From positions 32,001 through 96,000 of IMG/VR virus record IMGVR_UViG_3300022891_000002: a stretch of DNA of 64,000 nt; one strand, written 5' to 3'. Shown in pieces: positions 8,452 through 17,804 of this stretch. Below the pieces are notes generated by a model, which was not told the origin of the DNA, made no database searches, and saw nothing but the letters and a program-made list of their open reading frames with translations. The position numbers were made by a program, and so were the translations under genes. Within the stretch, counting starts at the first letter, position 1. Every line of letters begins with the position of its first letter. The DNA comes from a virus.

Positions 8452-9618
8452 ATGAGTCACGTCGCTAGTTTTTTTAATGAACCTTTTATCAATAAGCAGA
8501 TTAATGCTATTGTTGATGAAACACATCGAGATTTACTCAAACGAGATAAGTTAATCGATGAAGCAATGCCAACCCAGACGTTTGAAACTAGAAACTTCAT
8601 GGCGTTGTTAACTTCCCGTATTGCTCCTGCTGCTAGAGTAGTTGCTTGGGGTGCAGAGATTCCCGTTACTCGTCATGGAGGATTTGAGAAAGTTACAGCT
8701 CAGCTTACTAAACTTGCTTTATCTCACAGATATGATGAAGAAGATATGTGGGCATTGTCTGAAGCTTATCAACTAGCTGGTTATATGTGGAATAAGATTC
8801 AAACTATCCACAAGCCAGATGGAACTGTTCAACGAGGAGCTAATGATGACCTTGCTACAGCTTTATTTGGGGATGTCCAACAACTATTAGACGGTATGGT
8901 AGATAGAATGGACATGATGAAGTGGCAGGCAATATCTACTGGTGCATTAAACATCGAAGATATGTCTACTGGAGTTAAGTTTGAGATTGATTATAAGAAG
9001 TCAGACGCACCTTACAATCATTTTCCTCTACCTTTAGTTGCTACTGGTAATACTGTTACCCCTACTCTTAATAAGTGGAGTGATAAACAGAATGCTGATG
9101 GTTTCCGCAATATCCAAGATTTAACAGATATCTACGAAGATACTAACGGTTTCTTGCCAGATAAGATTGTGATGAACCGCAAACTTTGGAATATGTTCTT
9201 AGACCAGAAATCCACTAAGGAAGCTGCTCGTGCAATGACTACCTCAGAAATTGGTTTAGTTTCTAGAGATATGGCAGATGAACTATTGCGTAGACGTAAG
9301 TTACCTCCTGTAGTAGAGTTTGGTGAAAAGTATCATGAAGAAGTTCCAGGTGGAGAAGCTGTTACCGCTAATTTCTTGAACGATAATCGTCTAGTATTTC
9401 TCAAGAATAAGATGGGTATCTCAGCAATTGGCCCTACTATGGAATCTAAGACTAACATTATTTCTAGTGGTAAAGATATTCCTAAGATTAAGACTGGTAT
9501 TTACTTAGATATCTACACTGAAAACGGTCGCCCTCCTAATGATGTAGTAGCAACAGTAGCTAGCTTTATTCCTATAATCATGAATCCTAAACTTCTGATG
9601 GCACAAACAGTAAATTAA
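8452..9618 (+). CDS. Major capsid protein (lambda gpE-like, HK97 fold)
   Basis: Motifs AARVVAWGAEIP, RMDMMKWQAISTG, KFEIDY, KWSD, PDKIVMN and ASFIP fit Phage_cap_E. 388 aa. Confidence 0.85.
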   Translation: MSHVASFFNEPFINKQINAIVDETHRDLLKRDKLIDEAMPTQTFETRNFMALLTSRIAPAARVVAWGAEIPVTRHGGFEKVTAQLTKLALSHRYDEEDMWALSEAYQLAGYMWNKIQTIHKPDGTVQRGANDDLATALFGDVQQLLDGMVDRMDMMKWQAISTGALNIEDMSTGVKFEIDYKKSDAPYNHFPLPLVATGNTVTPTLNKWSDKQNADGFRNIQDLTDIYEDTNGFLPDKIVMNRKLWNMFLDQKSTKEAARAMTTSEIGLVSRDMADELLRRRKLPPVVEFGEKYHEEVPGGEAVTANFLNDNRLVFLKNKMGISAIGPTMESKTNIISSGKDIPKIKTGIYLDIYTENGRPPNDVVATVASFIPIIMNPKLLMAQTVN

Positions 9619-9624
9619 AAAAAT

Positions 9625-10077
9625 ATGAGACAATATATTCTCCACAAAACTTTTAGAGATAGAACTGGTAACTTTTATTGGGCTAGAACAGCTCCATATC
9701 CAGAGGGAGAACTACCTGAAAATATTACTAAAGACCCGACTAAAGTATCTATTATTGAAACTGATACTCATGTTGCAGAATCGGTTCTAATTACTCCTGT
9801 TCAAGAAATTAGGAACTTAACTCCTGCTGCTGAACATCTCATACCCCTAACTCCTCAATTTGTAGAAGCTACTCCTGTTATTACTACTAAGATAGATGTT
9901 AATACTGCTTCTATTGAAGATATTAAAAACGTTAAAGGAATAGCAGAGAAAACAGCAACTTTGATTGTAAGTAATAGACCTTATGAAAGTATGGCTGACC
10001 TTACTACTAGAGTTAAACCACCTTTGGGTAAAACTTGGAGTGATTTTCCATTTAAATACGGCTCAACTCCAGAGTAA
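9625..10077 (+). CDS. Protein with C-terminal ComEA-type helix-hairpin-helix domain
   Basis: KIDVNTASIEDIKNVKGIAEKTATLIVSNRPYESMADL. Confidence 0.75.
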   Translation: MRQYILHKTFRDRTGNFYWARTAPYPEGELPENITKDPTKVSIIETDTHVAESVLITPVQEIRNLTPAAEHLIPLTPQFVEATPVITTKIDVNTASIEDIKNVKGIAEKTATLIVSNRPYESMADLTTRVKPPLGKTWSDFPFKYGSTPE

Positions 10078-10100
10078 TACTACTTCTACATCTCATTAAC

Positions 10101-10139
10101 AAGTATAGTTTTGACATAAGAGACTATACTTTTATTTTT
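10101..10139 (+). terminator. Rho-independent terminator after the capsid operon
   Basis: AAGTATAGTT ... GACTATACTT inverted repeat followed by TTATTTTT. Confidence 0.65.
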
Positions 10140-10157
10140 ATCTAACGATGACTAACT

Positions 10158-10583
10158 ATGCTGATTAAGTCAAAAGTTACGACACTTCAAGTAGTTAGAG
10201 ATTCTACAATAGAGAAACCTTATGTGTATCTAAAGAACTCAAGTCACTCAATTAAAGATACAATTCCAGTAATAGTAGATATTAGTACAAGTGAACCTAT
10301 AAAAATTAATAACATAGGTATAACCTTTAAACTAATTCATCAACTAACTGGATTAGTTCTTAAACAGTACGATAATAATAGCTTTGTTTTTCCACTAATA
10401 CAACAAGAGAACATCAAAGCAATCTTGTATATTAGTGGTAGTGATATAGCTACTTTCTACCAAACTAAAGGACTTGAGTTTTCTAGTAGAGTACATAACA
10501 TTATCTACGAACTAGACATCTCAGTTAAGACTACTACTAATTTATCTAAGTACACAGACTCAGGAAACTTCTATTTAATATGA
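10158..10583 (+). CDS. Hypothetical virion protein (beta-sandwich/BppU-like)
   Basis: Ends in YELDISV...DSGNFYLI, like the YYEVRV...EAGYFNL end of 20428..21330. Confidence 0.4.
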   Translation: MLIKSKVTTLQVVRDSTIEKPYVYLKNSSHSIKDTIPVIVDISTSEPIKINNIGITFKLIHQLTGLVLKQYDNNSFVFPLIQQENIKAILYISGSDIATFYQTKGLEFSSRVHNIIYELDISVKTTTNLSKYTDSGNFYLI

Positions 10584-10981
10584 GCATTAAAGTATCTACT
10601 TATAGAGAGTGGAAAGATAATCCTCTCTCAGGTTCTATAGTTCCTCGAAGTGATGATTTACCTCTAGGAGTCACATTAGAGTCGATGGATAATCCTTCAC
10701 TATTAGGAGTTGGAGTATCAGTTAACTTCACTGTCTTTACTAATACTTCTACTACTAATTTCTCAGTAGGTAATTATGGTACTAATAGTGGTTTATCTCC
10801 TATAGTTACCGAACCTACCAAGATAATTTTTAAAGGTCTAGTAGAAAAGGAAACGATTCAAAGCAAGTTAGACCCTAAACTAGACTCATCTATCTACTAT
10901 GTTACTAAAGCAGTGTTTCCAGATACAGCGGAAGTTACATTAGACGAAGGCTATTTCACAAGTAAAGTTACTCTTATTTAA
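10580..10981 (+). CDS. Hypothetical virion protein (beta-sandwich/BppU-like)
   Basis: Ends in IYYVTK...LDEGYF, a similar terminal pattern. Start overlaps the stop of the previous gene. Confidence 0.4.
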   Translation: MSIKVSTYREWKDNPLSGSIVPRSDDLPLGVTLESMDNPSLLGVGVSVNFTVFTNTSTTNFSVGNYGTNSGLSPIVTEPTKIIFKGLVEKETIQSKLDPKLDSSIYYVTKAVFPDTAEVTLDEGYFTSKVTLI

Positions 10982-10990
10982 TTAACTAAT

Positions 10991-11752
10991 ATGACTAAGC
11001 TAAGAATTATTAACAGAACTCCTTTAAAGAGTCGTGCAATTCCATTTATTGAACTACAGCCTAAATATCTTTATTGGCTAGACACTGGTAAAGAGATTGA
11101 TGTAGAAATTCTAAAAGAGAAAGATGGACATTATGAAGTAAAGCTGTCTACTAATTTTGAGAATTCTCCAGTAGGTATTCGCTCTTGGTTTATCTATAAA
11201 GAACACGTTCAAGTAGTAGAAGATAAGAAAAAGAAAGTATCTAAGAATGTACTTAAGACTGATTACTATTATCAATTAGATAATAGTTACCAACCTTATA
11301 CATCTTGTTTTCTTACTTGTGTAGCGATGTTACTATCTTTCTATAAAGTTAAGGTAACTCCTGACCAACTCTATAACAAGTGTCGTGATTTAGGATACGA
11401 CAGATTTTCTGGGGAAGGTATTGTAGCTATCCTTAAAAACTATGGGGTTAATTATCACTATACTACTTCTGGTACTGCTCAAGATTTAAAAGATACTGTT
11501 ACCAAGGCTCCTGTAATCTTAGGCACCTATCTAACTGAAGCTAGCCACATTGTGTTAGTAGTTGGCTATGACGAAACTGCTTATGATGGTCGTGGAGCTT
11601 TTATAGTCAATGACCCCTATGGAGAGTTTACTCATAACGGCTATATCCACACTCCTACAGCCGGCAAAAATACACTTTATTCTTTCTCTTTAATTGCTCA
11701 AGTTGGCGCACCTGAAGGAGACGGAAATTACTGGCTACATCTTCCAGTTTAA
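10991..11752 (+). CDS. Endolysin, peptidase C39-like domain
   Basis: YYYQLDN...SCFLTCVAMLL (Cys), SHIVLVVGYD (His) and FIVNDPYG (Asp). The N-terminal HYEVKL..WFIYKEHV module resembles cyanobacterial cell-wall hydrolases. Confidence 0.8.
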   Translation: MTKLRIINRTPLKSRAIPFIELQPKYLYWLDTGKEIDVEILKEKDGHYEVKLSTNFENSPVGIRSWFIYKEHVQVVEDKKKKVSKNVLKTDYYYQLDNSYQPYTSCFLTCVAMLLSFYKVKVTPDQLYNKCRDLGYDRFSGEGIVAILKNYGVNYHYTTSGTAQDLKDTVTKAPVILGTYLTEASHIVLVVGYDETAYDGRGAFIVNDPYGEFTHNGYIHTPTAGKNTLYSFSLIAQVGAPEGDGNYWLHLPV

Positions 11753-11757
11753 TTATT

Positions 11758-12033
11758 ATGAGAGAAAAAATGAAACGTTCGTTATATCTAAGTAAAACTT
11801 TTCTATTTGGTGTAGCTCTTTGGTTATCAGTTGCTTATGTACCAGTAGTTAATTGGATCTATGATGGTAAGTTAACTAAAGATGATTTTACGAGTCTTAT
11901 ACTTTCTACTGTTGGATTATTTGGTATTTCTAATGGAAGACTAAGAGTTAATGAAGATATTAAGAAAAGTGCAGAAACAGGAATTCCAGTTGGTCTACTT
12001 ACTCCAAGAGTAGCCCCAAAAGCAAAAGAATAA
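11758..12033 (+). CDS. Putative holin
   Basis: Two TM segments, a SKTF motif and a charged C-terminus. Directly follows the endolysin. Confidence 0.55.
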   Translation: MREKMKRSLYLSKTFLFGVALWLSVAYVPVVNWIYDGKLTKDDFTSLILSTVGLFGISNGRLRVNEDIKKSAETGIPVGLLTPRVAPKAKE

Positions 12034-12039
12034 AATGAA

Positions 12040-13599
12040 ATGGTTGTATTTTCTGTATTATTTGAGAATGTTGAGGGAGAGTATTATTACCGATATATAA
12101 GTGATAGTATTACGTATTATCTCCCTTCTTATAGGATTGATAGGTTAGATAAGCCAATCAGTAGTTTTATCAATGTTCAAGGGCCGATGTATGCTGAATC
12201 CGTTTATAAGTTCTTAGATAAAGTTTTTGAGACAGGGGAGAATATTGGTGATTTTGTTGTTACTGACCCAAGAAGTGAAAAAGAGATATCTCTAACTTTA
12301 TTTGGCTATAAGTATCTCAACTTTGTTATTTTAGTTGGTAGTCAAAAGTCTGATAGTTTACTAGAAAGCACTTTATTTAAAGAGAACTATTTATTTCTGA
12401 TTCAATGGACAGGTTCAAAAGAAGAGTTGGTAGATGATATTTCTGATAATGTAGTAAGTTTACTTGAATATACAAAACCAGAGATACTCGCAAAATCTTA
12501 CATTTCTTTTATTAATCCTGAAGATGTTCTTTCTTTTAAATCGGAATTAATTACTTACTTAGATAAAGGTACAGCGTCTTTCTATCAAAAATATAGATTA
12601 GTTAGTAAGTCAGGTAAAGATATAACTGTTCTTGACCATACTTGTAGAATTCTTAGAGAGGAGAAAGTAGTTACTATTAGCTATTTGAGAGACATTACTA
12701 AAGATGAGTTAATGTCTACTAAATTAGCTGAACTAGCTTTATTAGATGAAGAGAATTTTAATACTAGCTTACTTATAAAAATTGAATGGGATAGAAATTT
12801 TAACATTACGAGATGGAACAATCAAGCAGAAAATTTACTTGGTTGGGATAAATCAATATTAGGAAAGAATATTAGAGATACTCACCTTTTTAATTCAGAA
12901 GATACCACTACAATACAAGGTCAGATTGAAAGAATACTTAACCACAAATCTGAATTAGTAATTAGTAACTTTAGAGTAAATAAAAAAGATGGTAATCAGC
13001 TAGACATTAAATGTTCTAACAGGCTTGCTATTCGAGAAGGGGAACTTAGAGTTATTTCTTCTATTATTGACAGAAGTGAAGAAGCTTCTTTAACCACTCG
13101 CTTAGTAGAAATGGAGGAAAGGTCAGACTTATTGCTTAAAACTCTTTATTCTACTAATACTAACTTTAACAATGATGTGTTTAAAAAACTTGTAGATACT
13201 CCTTTGACTTCTAGCTCTGAAGGTTTAATTAAAGCTGAGATTATTATCAGAAAGATAGAAGAAGAGTTGAAGAGACTTAATGATACTATTTTTCACAATA
13301 ACGGTAACAACTTACTTAGTGAAGTAGCTAATCTCAAATATGATGTCAAAGACCTAAAAGAAGATGTTAATAGAGTTAAAGATAGTCAAGCTAAATTATC
13401 TTCTGAACTTAACGACTTACTTAATATTAATATTCTTAGTTTAAGTAAAAATTTAAACTTTAAAAATTTAACAGGATTGCTTGTAATTAGTTATGTAGTG
13501 TTTGGGATATTGTTTCCGGCTTTGTATCATAATCTAGCTAAACCTTATCTTATTCAATACAATAAAGAACTTAAACAAATAGAAGGTAAAAAAGATTAA
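12040..13599 (+). CDS. Dual-PAS domain protein with coiled coil and C-terminal TM helix, no kinase or cyclase output
   Basis: PAS/PAC 1 is FINPED...YRLVSKSGK...YLRDIT. PAS 2 is IEWDRNFNITRWNNQAENLLGW...KKDG...IIDRS. A heptad region and LLVISYVVFGILFPAL follow. Confidence 0.75.
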   Translation: MVVFSVLFENVEGEYYYRYISDSITYYLPSYRIDRLDKPISSFINVQGPMYAESVYKFLDKVFETGENIGDFVVTDPRSEKEISLTLFGYKYLNFVILVGSQKSDSLLESTLFKENYLFLIQWTGSKEELVDDISDNVVSLLEYTKPEILAKSYISFINPEDVLSFKSELITYLDKGTASFYQKYRLVSKSGKDITVLDHTCRILREEKVVTISYLRDITKDELMSTKLAELALLDEENFNTSLLIKIEWDRNFNITRWNNQAENLLGWDKSILGKNIRDTHLFNSEDTTTIQGQIERILNHKSELVISNFRVNKKDGNQLDIKCSNRLAIREGELRVISSIIDRSEEASLTTRLVEMEERSDLLLKTLYSTNTNFNNDVFKKLVDTPLTSSSEGLIKAEIIIRKIEEELKRLNDTIFHNNGNNLLSEVANLKYDVKDLKEDVNRVKDSQAKLSSELNDLLNINILSLSKNLNFKNLTGLLVISYVVFGILFPALYHNLAKPYLIQYNKELKQIEGKKD

Positions 13600-13601
13600 T
13601 T

Positions 13602-13952
13602 ATGTGGCGACCTTTTGACAGTCCAGCTAAAAAAAGAAAAAGATTTATAGAAAAAAACAGTCCTTATTTAGTTCCATTAGCAGTTGGAGGATTGGCAGCT
13701 ATGGGAGATGAAAATGCTTCAGTTAGACAAAGACTTAAAAGAGGAATGGTTACAGGAGGTCAGACTTTTGCAGCTATGAAGACCGCAGGAGTATTTGCTA
13801 ATAACGCAAGTAAGAAGAATTATTATAAAAATACTATTCTACCAACTGTTCAACAAGCTAGAGGAATTGCTAATACCGGACTGAACATTAAAAAAGATAT
13901 TAGAGCTGCTACTAGGTTTGATTTTTGGAAAAAGAAGAAAGGAATTATATGA
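13602..13952 (+). CDS. Small basic protein with hydrophobic segment (probable family member)
   Basis: KKRKRF, LVPLAVGGLAAMG and a WKKKK tail. Confidence 0.6.
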   Translation: MWRPFDSPAKKRKRFIEKNSPYLVPLAVGGLAAMGDENASVRQRLKRGMVTGGQTFAAMKTAGVFANNASKKNYYKNTILPTVQQARGIANTGLNIKKDIRAATRFDFWKKKKGII

Positions 13953-14545
13953 TGTACAAGTATTGCACAGTAGAAAAGATTCAAAGAAGGTTAGGTAGAC
14001 GAGCTAATATCTTTACTGAGTCTCTTATACCCTCAGATAATGTATCGGTCATCTCTTCTAATTTAGATGTAGAGTTAGTACATGAACTCATATTAGCTAA
14101 TGAGACTTTAATAGATACTTACTTTAGGATGTTATATGTTCTACCAATACATCCATTAGATATTCCACTAATAGAACCAATAGTAGTGGGATTTGTTATT
14201 AATGACTTAATGATGTCTTTATATGACCAAGGAATGATAGCTAGTTTAGGAGGTGACGGAGGATTAGGTTCTACTATCTACCAAAAAGCTAAGGAGTTAC
14301 TTAAGAGTTACTTTATTGGTACTAATATCTACATTCCAGGAGTATCTGCTCCAGAAGACAATGCTCTCCAAGGTGCTTATAGATTGATTCTACCTAATAC
14401 TCCTGAGTTAATAAATAGGAGAACTTCACTTACTCAGAATGTTACGGTTGTTGGTGAGTATAAAACTAATAAAAATAATTTGGGTCTTGACTTTGGGGAA
14501 GATAGGAGATATAGAGGTGTTGAAGTTAACTGGGAAGTATATTGA
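13949..14545 (+). CDS. Head-tail connector (Mu gp36 / DUF1320-like)
   Basis: YCTVEKIQRRLG...LIDTYFRMLYVLPI...YQKAKELLK. Start placed at the ATGA overlap at 13949. Confidence 0.65.
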   Translation: MMYKYCTVEKIQRRLGRRANIFTESLIPSDNVSVISSNLDVELVHELILANETLIDTYFRMLYVLPIHPLDIPLIEPIVVGFVINDLMMSLYDQGMIASLGGDGGLGSTIYQKAKELLKSYFIGTNIYIPGVSAPEDNALQGAYRLILPNTPELINRRTSLTQNVTVVGEYKTNKNNLGLDFGEDRRYRGVEVNWEVY

Positions 14546-14546
14546 T

Positions 14547-15050
14547 ATGAGAAAAATAACGTTTACAGGACAAGTACAATCTAACTATAGAGCTATTGTT
14601 CGTTCTAGTTCTAGCCTAAGTAATACATCTAGGTCTGCTAATAGTTTTAGAGCCAAACCTAACTCTATTGATACTAGAAATAAAAACATTAGAACTGTAG
14701 CAAGAGCAGTAGCTTATACTAATGTAGGAAATACTTTAAGAAAAGAAGTAGATAAAAATAAGCAAAGATTCTTAAAATCTGGCCCAAAATCTCGAATTGG
14801 TAAGATTGCTAATGATACCAAATTAGGAGCTTCAGCAGGAGCAGCTTTAGGTTTTCTTAAAGGAGCAGGAAATAGTTTAACTACTCCGGGGAGTGTAAAA
14901 AAGAAAATTGCGTATGGACTAGGACACGCTACTAAACAAGCTTTAAAAGGTGGAATTGGAGGAGGTAGTCTAGGAGCAGGAATTGGTACTACGAGAGGTT
15001 TTATTCAACCAAATAAAAAGAAATCACTTTTAGATAAATTTAAAAAATAG
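14547..15050 (+). CDS. Gly-zipper basic protein with conserved leader
   Basis: Start moved to the ATG at 14547 (MRKITFTGQVQSNY). Contains GKIANDTKLGA and GTTRGFIQPNKKK. Confidence 0.75.
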   Translation: MRKITFTGQVQSNYRAIVRSSSSLSNTSRSANSFRAKPNSIDTRNKNIRTVARAVAYTNVGNTLRKEVDKNKQRFLKSGPKSRIGKIANDTKLGASAGAALGFLKGAGNSLTTPGSVKKKIAYGLGHATKQALKGGIGGGSLGAGIGTTRGFIQPNKKKSLLDKFKK

Positions 15051-15056
15051 AAATTT

Positions 15057-15935
15057 ATGATGTTTGATATTACGTTTGCAGGTCAAGAAGAATGTCTAAA
15101 CTTCGGAAGAGGTAAGGATAAAGCTAAAAGAAAAAGTAGAGTTTCTATAGCTGCTGGAGCTGGATTAGGTACTATAGCAGGTGGCCCAGTTGGAACTATT
15201 GCTGGTGGATTGATTGCTAAAGGTATTAATAAAGAAAAAGATAGATATGAAAAGCAAGGCCCAAGAAGTCCTCTAGGTAAGATTGGTCACGATGCTAAAT
15301 TAGGGGCTAAATCAGTAGGGATTGGTAGTGCTATTACTGCGGGGTTGGCTGGAGCAGCTTTAGGTTCTAAATTACCAACTGTAAAAAAGAAAGGTTTTCT
15401 AGGTCTAGGTAGGGATAAAAAAGCAGAAAGTAGACAGAAACTTAAAAATACACTTATTGGAGCAGGTTTAGGAGTTCTTGGAGGTGGAGTTAGTGGAGCT
15501 GTTTCTGGTGCAGGTAACGGTGCGTTAGTAGGAGCTACAAGAGGATTTGTACAAGAGAATAAAACCAAGAAAAAGAAAGGTAAGTTTTCTAACTCTACGA
15601 AACTTGCTGAATTTGCTCTTAGTCTTCCACCTAAAAAACAAAAACAAAGAAGTAGATTAGGAATGGTAGGACATGATACTAAAGTTGGAGCTAAAATTGG
15701 TGCGGGTTTAGGAGCAGCTTATGTAGGTAGTAGCGGTATTAGAGGAGTTATGAAAGCTCCTGGCAGTCTTAAATCTAAATTGGGTTCTGCTGCCTTAGTA
15801 GGTGCTTCGGGTGCATTATTAGGTAGTGGAGTAGGAGGTTTTAGTGGGGCAACTTACGGAGCAGGAATAGGGGCAGGTAGAGCATTACTGACTCCTAGAA
15901 AGAAAAAGTCTCTATTTAATAGATTAAAAAAGTAG
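15057..15935 (+). CDS. Two-unit Gly-zipper basic polyprotein with conserved leader
   Basis: MMFDITFAGQEECLNF-GRGKDK, then two copies of the GxxGHDxKxGA unit joined by GKFSNSTKLAEFAL. Confidence 0.75.
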   Translation: MMFDITFAGQEECLNFGRGKDKAKRKSRVSIAAGAGLGTIAGGPVGTIAGGLIAKGINKEKDRYEKQGPRSPLGKIGHDAKLGAKSVGIGSAITAGLAGAALGSKLPTVKKKGFLGLGRDKKAESRQKLKNTLIGAGLGVLGGGVSGAVSGAGNGALVGATRGFVQENKTKKKKGKFSNSTKLAEFALSLPPKKQKQRSRLGMVGHDTKVGAKIGAGLGAAYVGSSGIRGVMKAPGSLKSKLGSAALVGASGALLGSGVGGFSGATYGAGIGAGRALLTPRKKKSLFNRLKK

Positions 15936-15939
15936 AAGT

Positions 15940-16566
15940 ATGAGAAAGATTATATTTGCAAACTCTACTAATTTAAACTTTGGTAGAGGTAGAGATAAAA
16001 AGAAACGTAAATCTAGAACTATTCTTTCGGACGCTAAAGACTTTGTTGTAGGTGCAAAAAATGCGGTCAAAGAAGCTAATATTAAAAGTCCTAAAGATTT
16101 AGTAGATATCTATAATAGACGTAGAGATAGGTCTAGCGTAGCTACTAATTCTCTTACTACTATTGGAGCTGCTTTAGGTGCTAGAAGTGCTATGAAATCG
16201 GGTATGAATCCCACTTTAGGTGCTTTATCTGGAGCTTATAATTTATCTTTTATAGGAGGAGCAGTAGACAGAAGAATATCTAAAGAAAAAGCTAGATATA
16301 GAAAAGAAGGTGCTAGGACTAGATTAGGTAAAGTAGGAAACGATACTAAAGTTGGAGCAGTTAGTGCAGCAGGAAGTTACGCTATTGATGGTGCGATAAA
16401 ACAATTACGAAGACCCGGAAGTATTAAGAGTAAAGCACTTAAAACTATTGCTGGCGCTATTTATGGAGGAGCTAAAGGAGCTGTCATTGGAGGCATCGTT
16501 GGCTCAGGGGTAGGAACTATCAGAGGATTTGTTCAACCTAACAAGAAAAAGAAGGATAAGAAATGA
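15940..16566 (+). CDS. Gly-zipper basic protein with conserved leader
   Basis: MRKIIFANSTNLNF-GRGRDKKKRKSR, GKVGNDTKVGA and GTIRGFVQPNKKK. Confidence 0.75.
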   Translation: MRKIIFANSTNLNFGRGRDKKKRKSRTILSDAKDFVVGAKNAVKEANIKSPKDLVDIYNRRRDRSSVATNSLTTIGAALGARSAMKSGMNPTLGALSGAYNLSFIGGAVDRRISKEKARYRKEGARTRLGKVGNDTKVGAVSAAGSYAIDGAIKQLRRPGSIKSKALKTIAGAIYGGAKGAVIGGIVGSGVGTIRGFVQPNKKKKDKK

Positions 16567-17804
16567 GAGAGATTATATTTGCGGGACAAGTAAAGAATAA
16601 TTACCTATATACCAACTTTGCGAAATCTAATAAGAAAGATAAAGAACCGAAAAGAAATCTTATTAAAGGAGCTGCTTATTTAGGAGCTTCTGGAATAGTA
16701 GGTCAACAAGCTATTAGGTCAGGTATTCCTAGATTATTAGGTGTAAGATTGGAATCTCACAGTACCTCTAAAAAGAATGCTAAAGAAATATTAAAAAACG
16801 GAGGAATTCTCGACCCAAATAAAGGAGGAAGTGGTGCTACTAAAAATTTAACTAATGATGTAAAACGTGGCTATGGTTGGGCTGCTGATGTATTTAATAA
16901 ACAAGAAAAAGGTAAAGAATTTCTTACTAGAGCAAAAAATAGTATTTATATAACAGGTAGAAATGACGCTTCTGCTAACGCTTCAAATAATGTAGCTAAT
17001 AACTTAAGAGGCTTTTGGAAAACTCCAGTAGGTCAATCTATCTATAAGAAAGGACAAAGAGCTTTTTATAGAGGTCAGTCTAGTACAGATATTGATAGAG
17101 ATGCTATAGAGTCTGAAGTCAAAAACTGGAGAAAATCAAAAGAAACACAAGAAAAACTTACAAAACTTAAAAATCAACTTAAAGACCAAGTAGAAAGTTC
17201 AAAAAAACCTAAATCAAAGCTAGACAATCCTAGAGACTTTACACCTAAAAAAAGCAAGAAATACGGCTATCTCTCTCCTATAGATAAATCAATAAGAAAG
17301 GGGATACAAGAGCAGATTAAAGAGATTAACAGTGGAGCTAGAAAAAGAGCCGAACTTACAGATATAGCCGTTGAAAAAAGAAAACCCGAAGCTATTAAAA
17401 AGGGTTTATTAGGCAGAGGTAAAAGTTTATATATTGGTGGTGGAGATGATTACTTTAATAAAAACTTTGTACCTGACCCTGATGATGCAATTGCTTTAAA
17501 AACCAACAAACCTATTAAAGTTAGTGGCAGTAGAACAGGTGCAACTTTAGAAGCTTTAAAAAGAGAAGGTGGAGGAAGTAGATTAAAAGGAATTGCTAGA
17601 TTAGTAAAAGCCAATCCTAGTAGAGCTTTGGCGGGAGCTGGTATTTTGGCAGGAGGTGGATTATTAACAGCTAAACTGGGTCAGGCAGCCTACAGGAATA
17701 TAACAGCTCCTAGTGATGGTAAAGTCAAAGGATTTAGTAGAAAAAATAAATCAGGTAAATGGTCTAATGTTAAATCATTTATAAGAGATAAAATAAAGAA
17801 ATGA
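16563..17804 (+). CDS. Leader-bearing basic protein with possible ADP-ribosyltransferase-like domain
   Basis: MREIIFAGQVKNNYLYTNF leader. ESHSTSKKNAKEILKNGGILDP...SIYITG resembles the H-x-T..A..I...G and Y-x-[TS] ART strands. C-terminal VKGFSRK..VKSFIR hairpin. Confidence 0.5.
   Translation: MREIIFAGQVKNNYLYTNFAKSNKKDKEPKRNLIKGAAYLGASGIVGQQAIRSGIPRLLGVRLESHSTSKKNAKEILKNGGILDPNKGGSGATKNLTNDVKRGYGWAADVFNKQEKGKEFLTRAKNSIYITGRNDASANASNNVANNLRGFWKTPVGQSIYKKGQRAFYRGQSSTDIDRDAIESEVKNWRKSKETQEKLTKLKNQLKDQVESSKKPKSKLDNPRDFTPKKSKKYGYLSPIDKSIRKGIQEQIKEINSGARKRAELTDIAVEKRKPEAIKKGLLGRGKSLYIGGGDDYFNKNFVPDPDDAIALKTNKPIKVSGSRTGATLEALKREGGGSRLKGIARLVKANPSRALAGAGILAGGGLLTAKLGQAAYRNITAPSDGKVKGFSRKNKSGKWSNVKSFIRDKIKK

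Noticed and set aside
9625-10077. PsbU photosystem II gene
   Set aside because: It shares only the HhH-like pattern. There is no signal peptide, and the INTAS-type start and position after the MCP fit a ComEA-type HhH domain.
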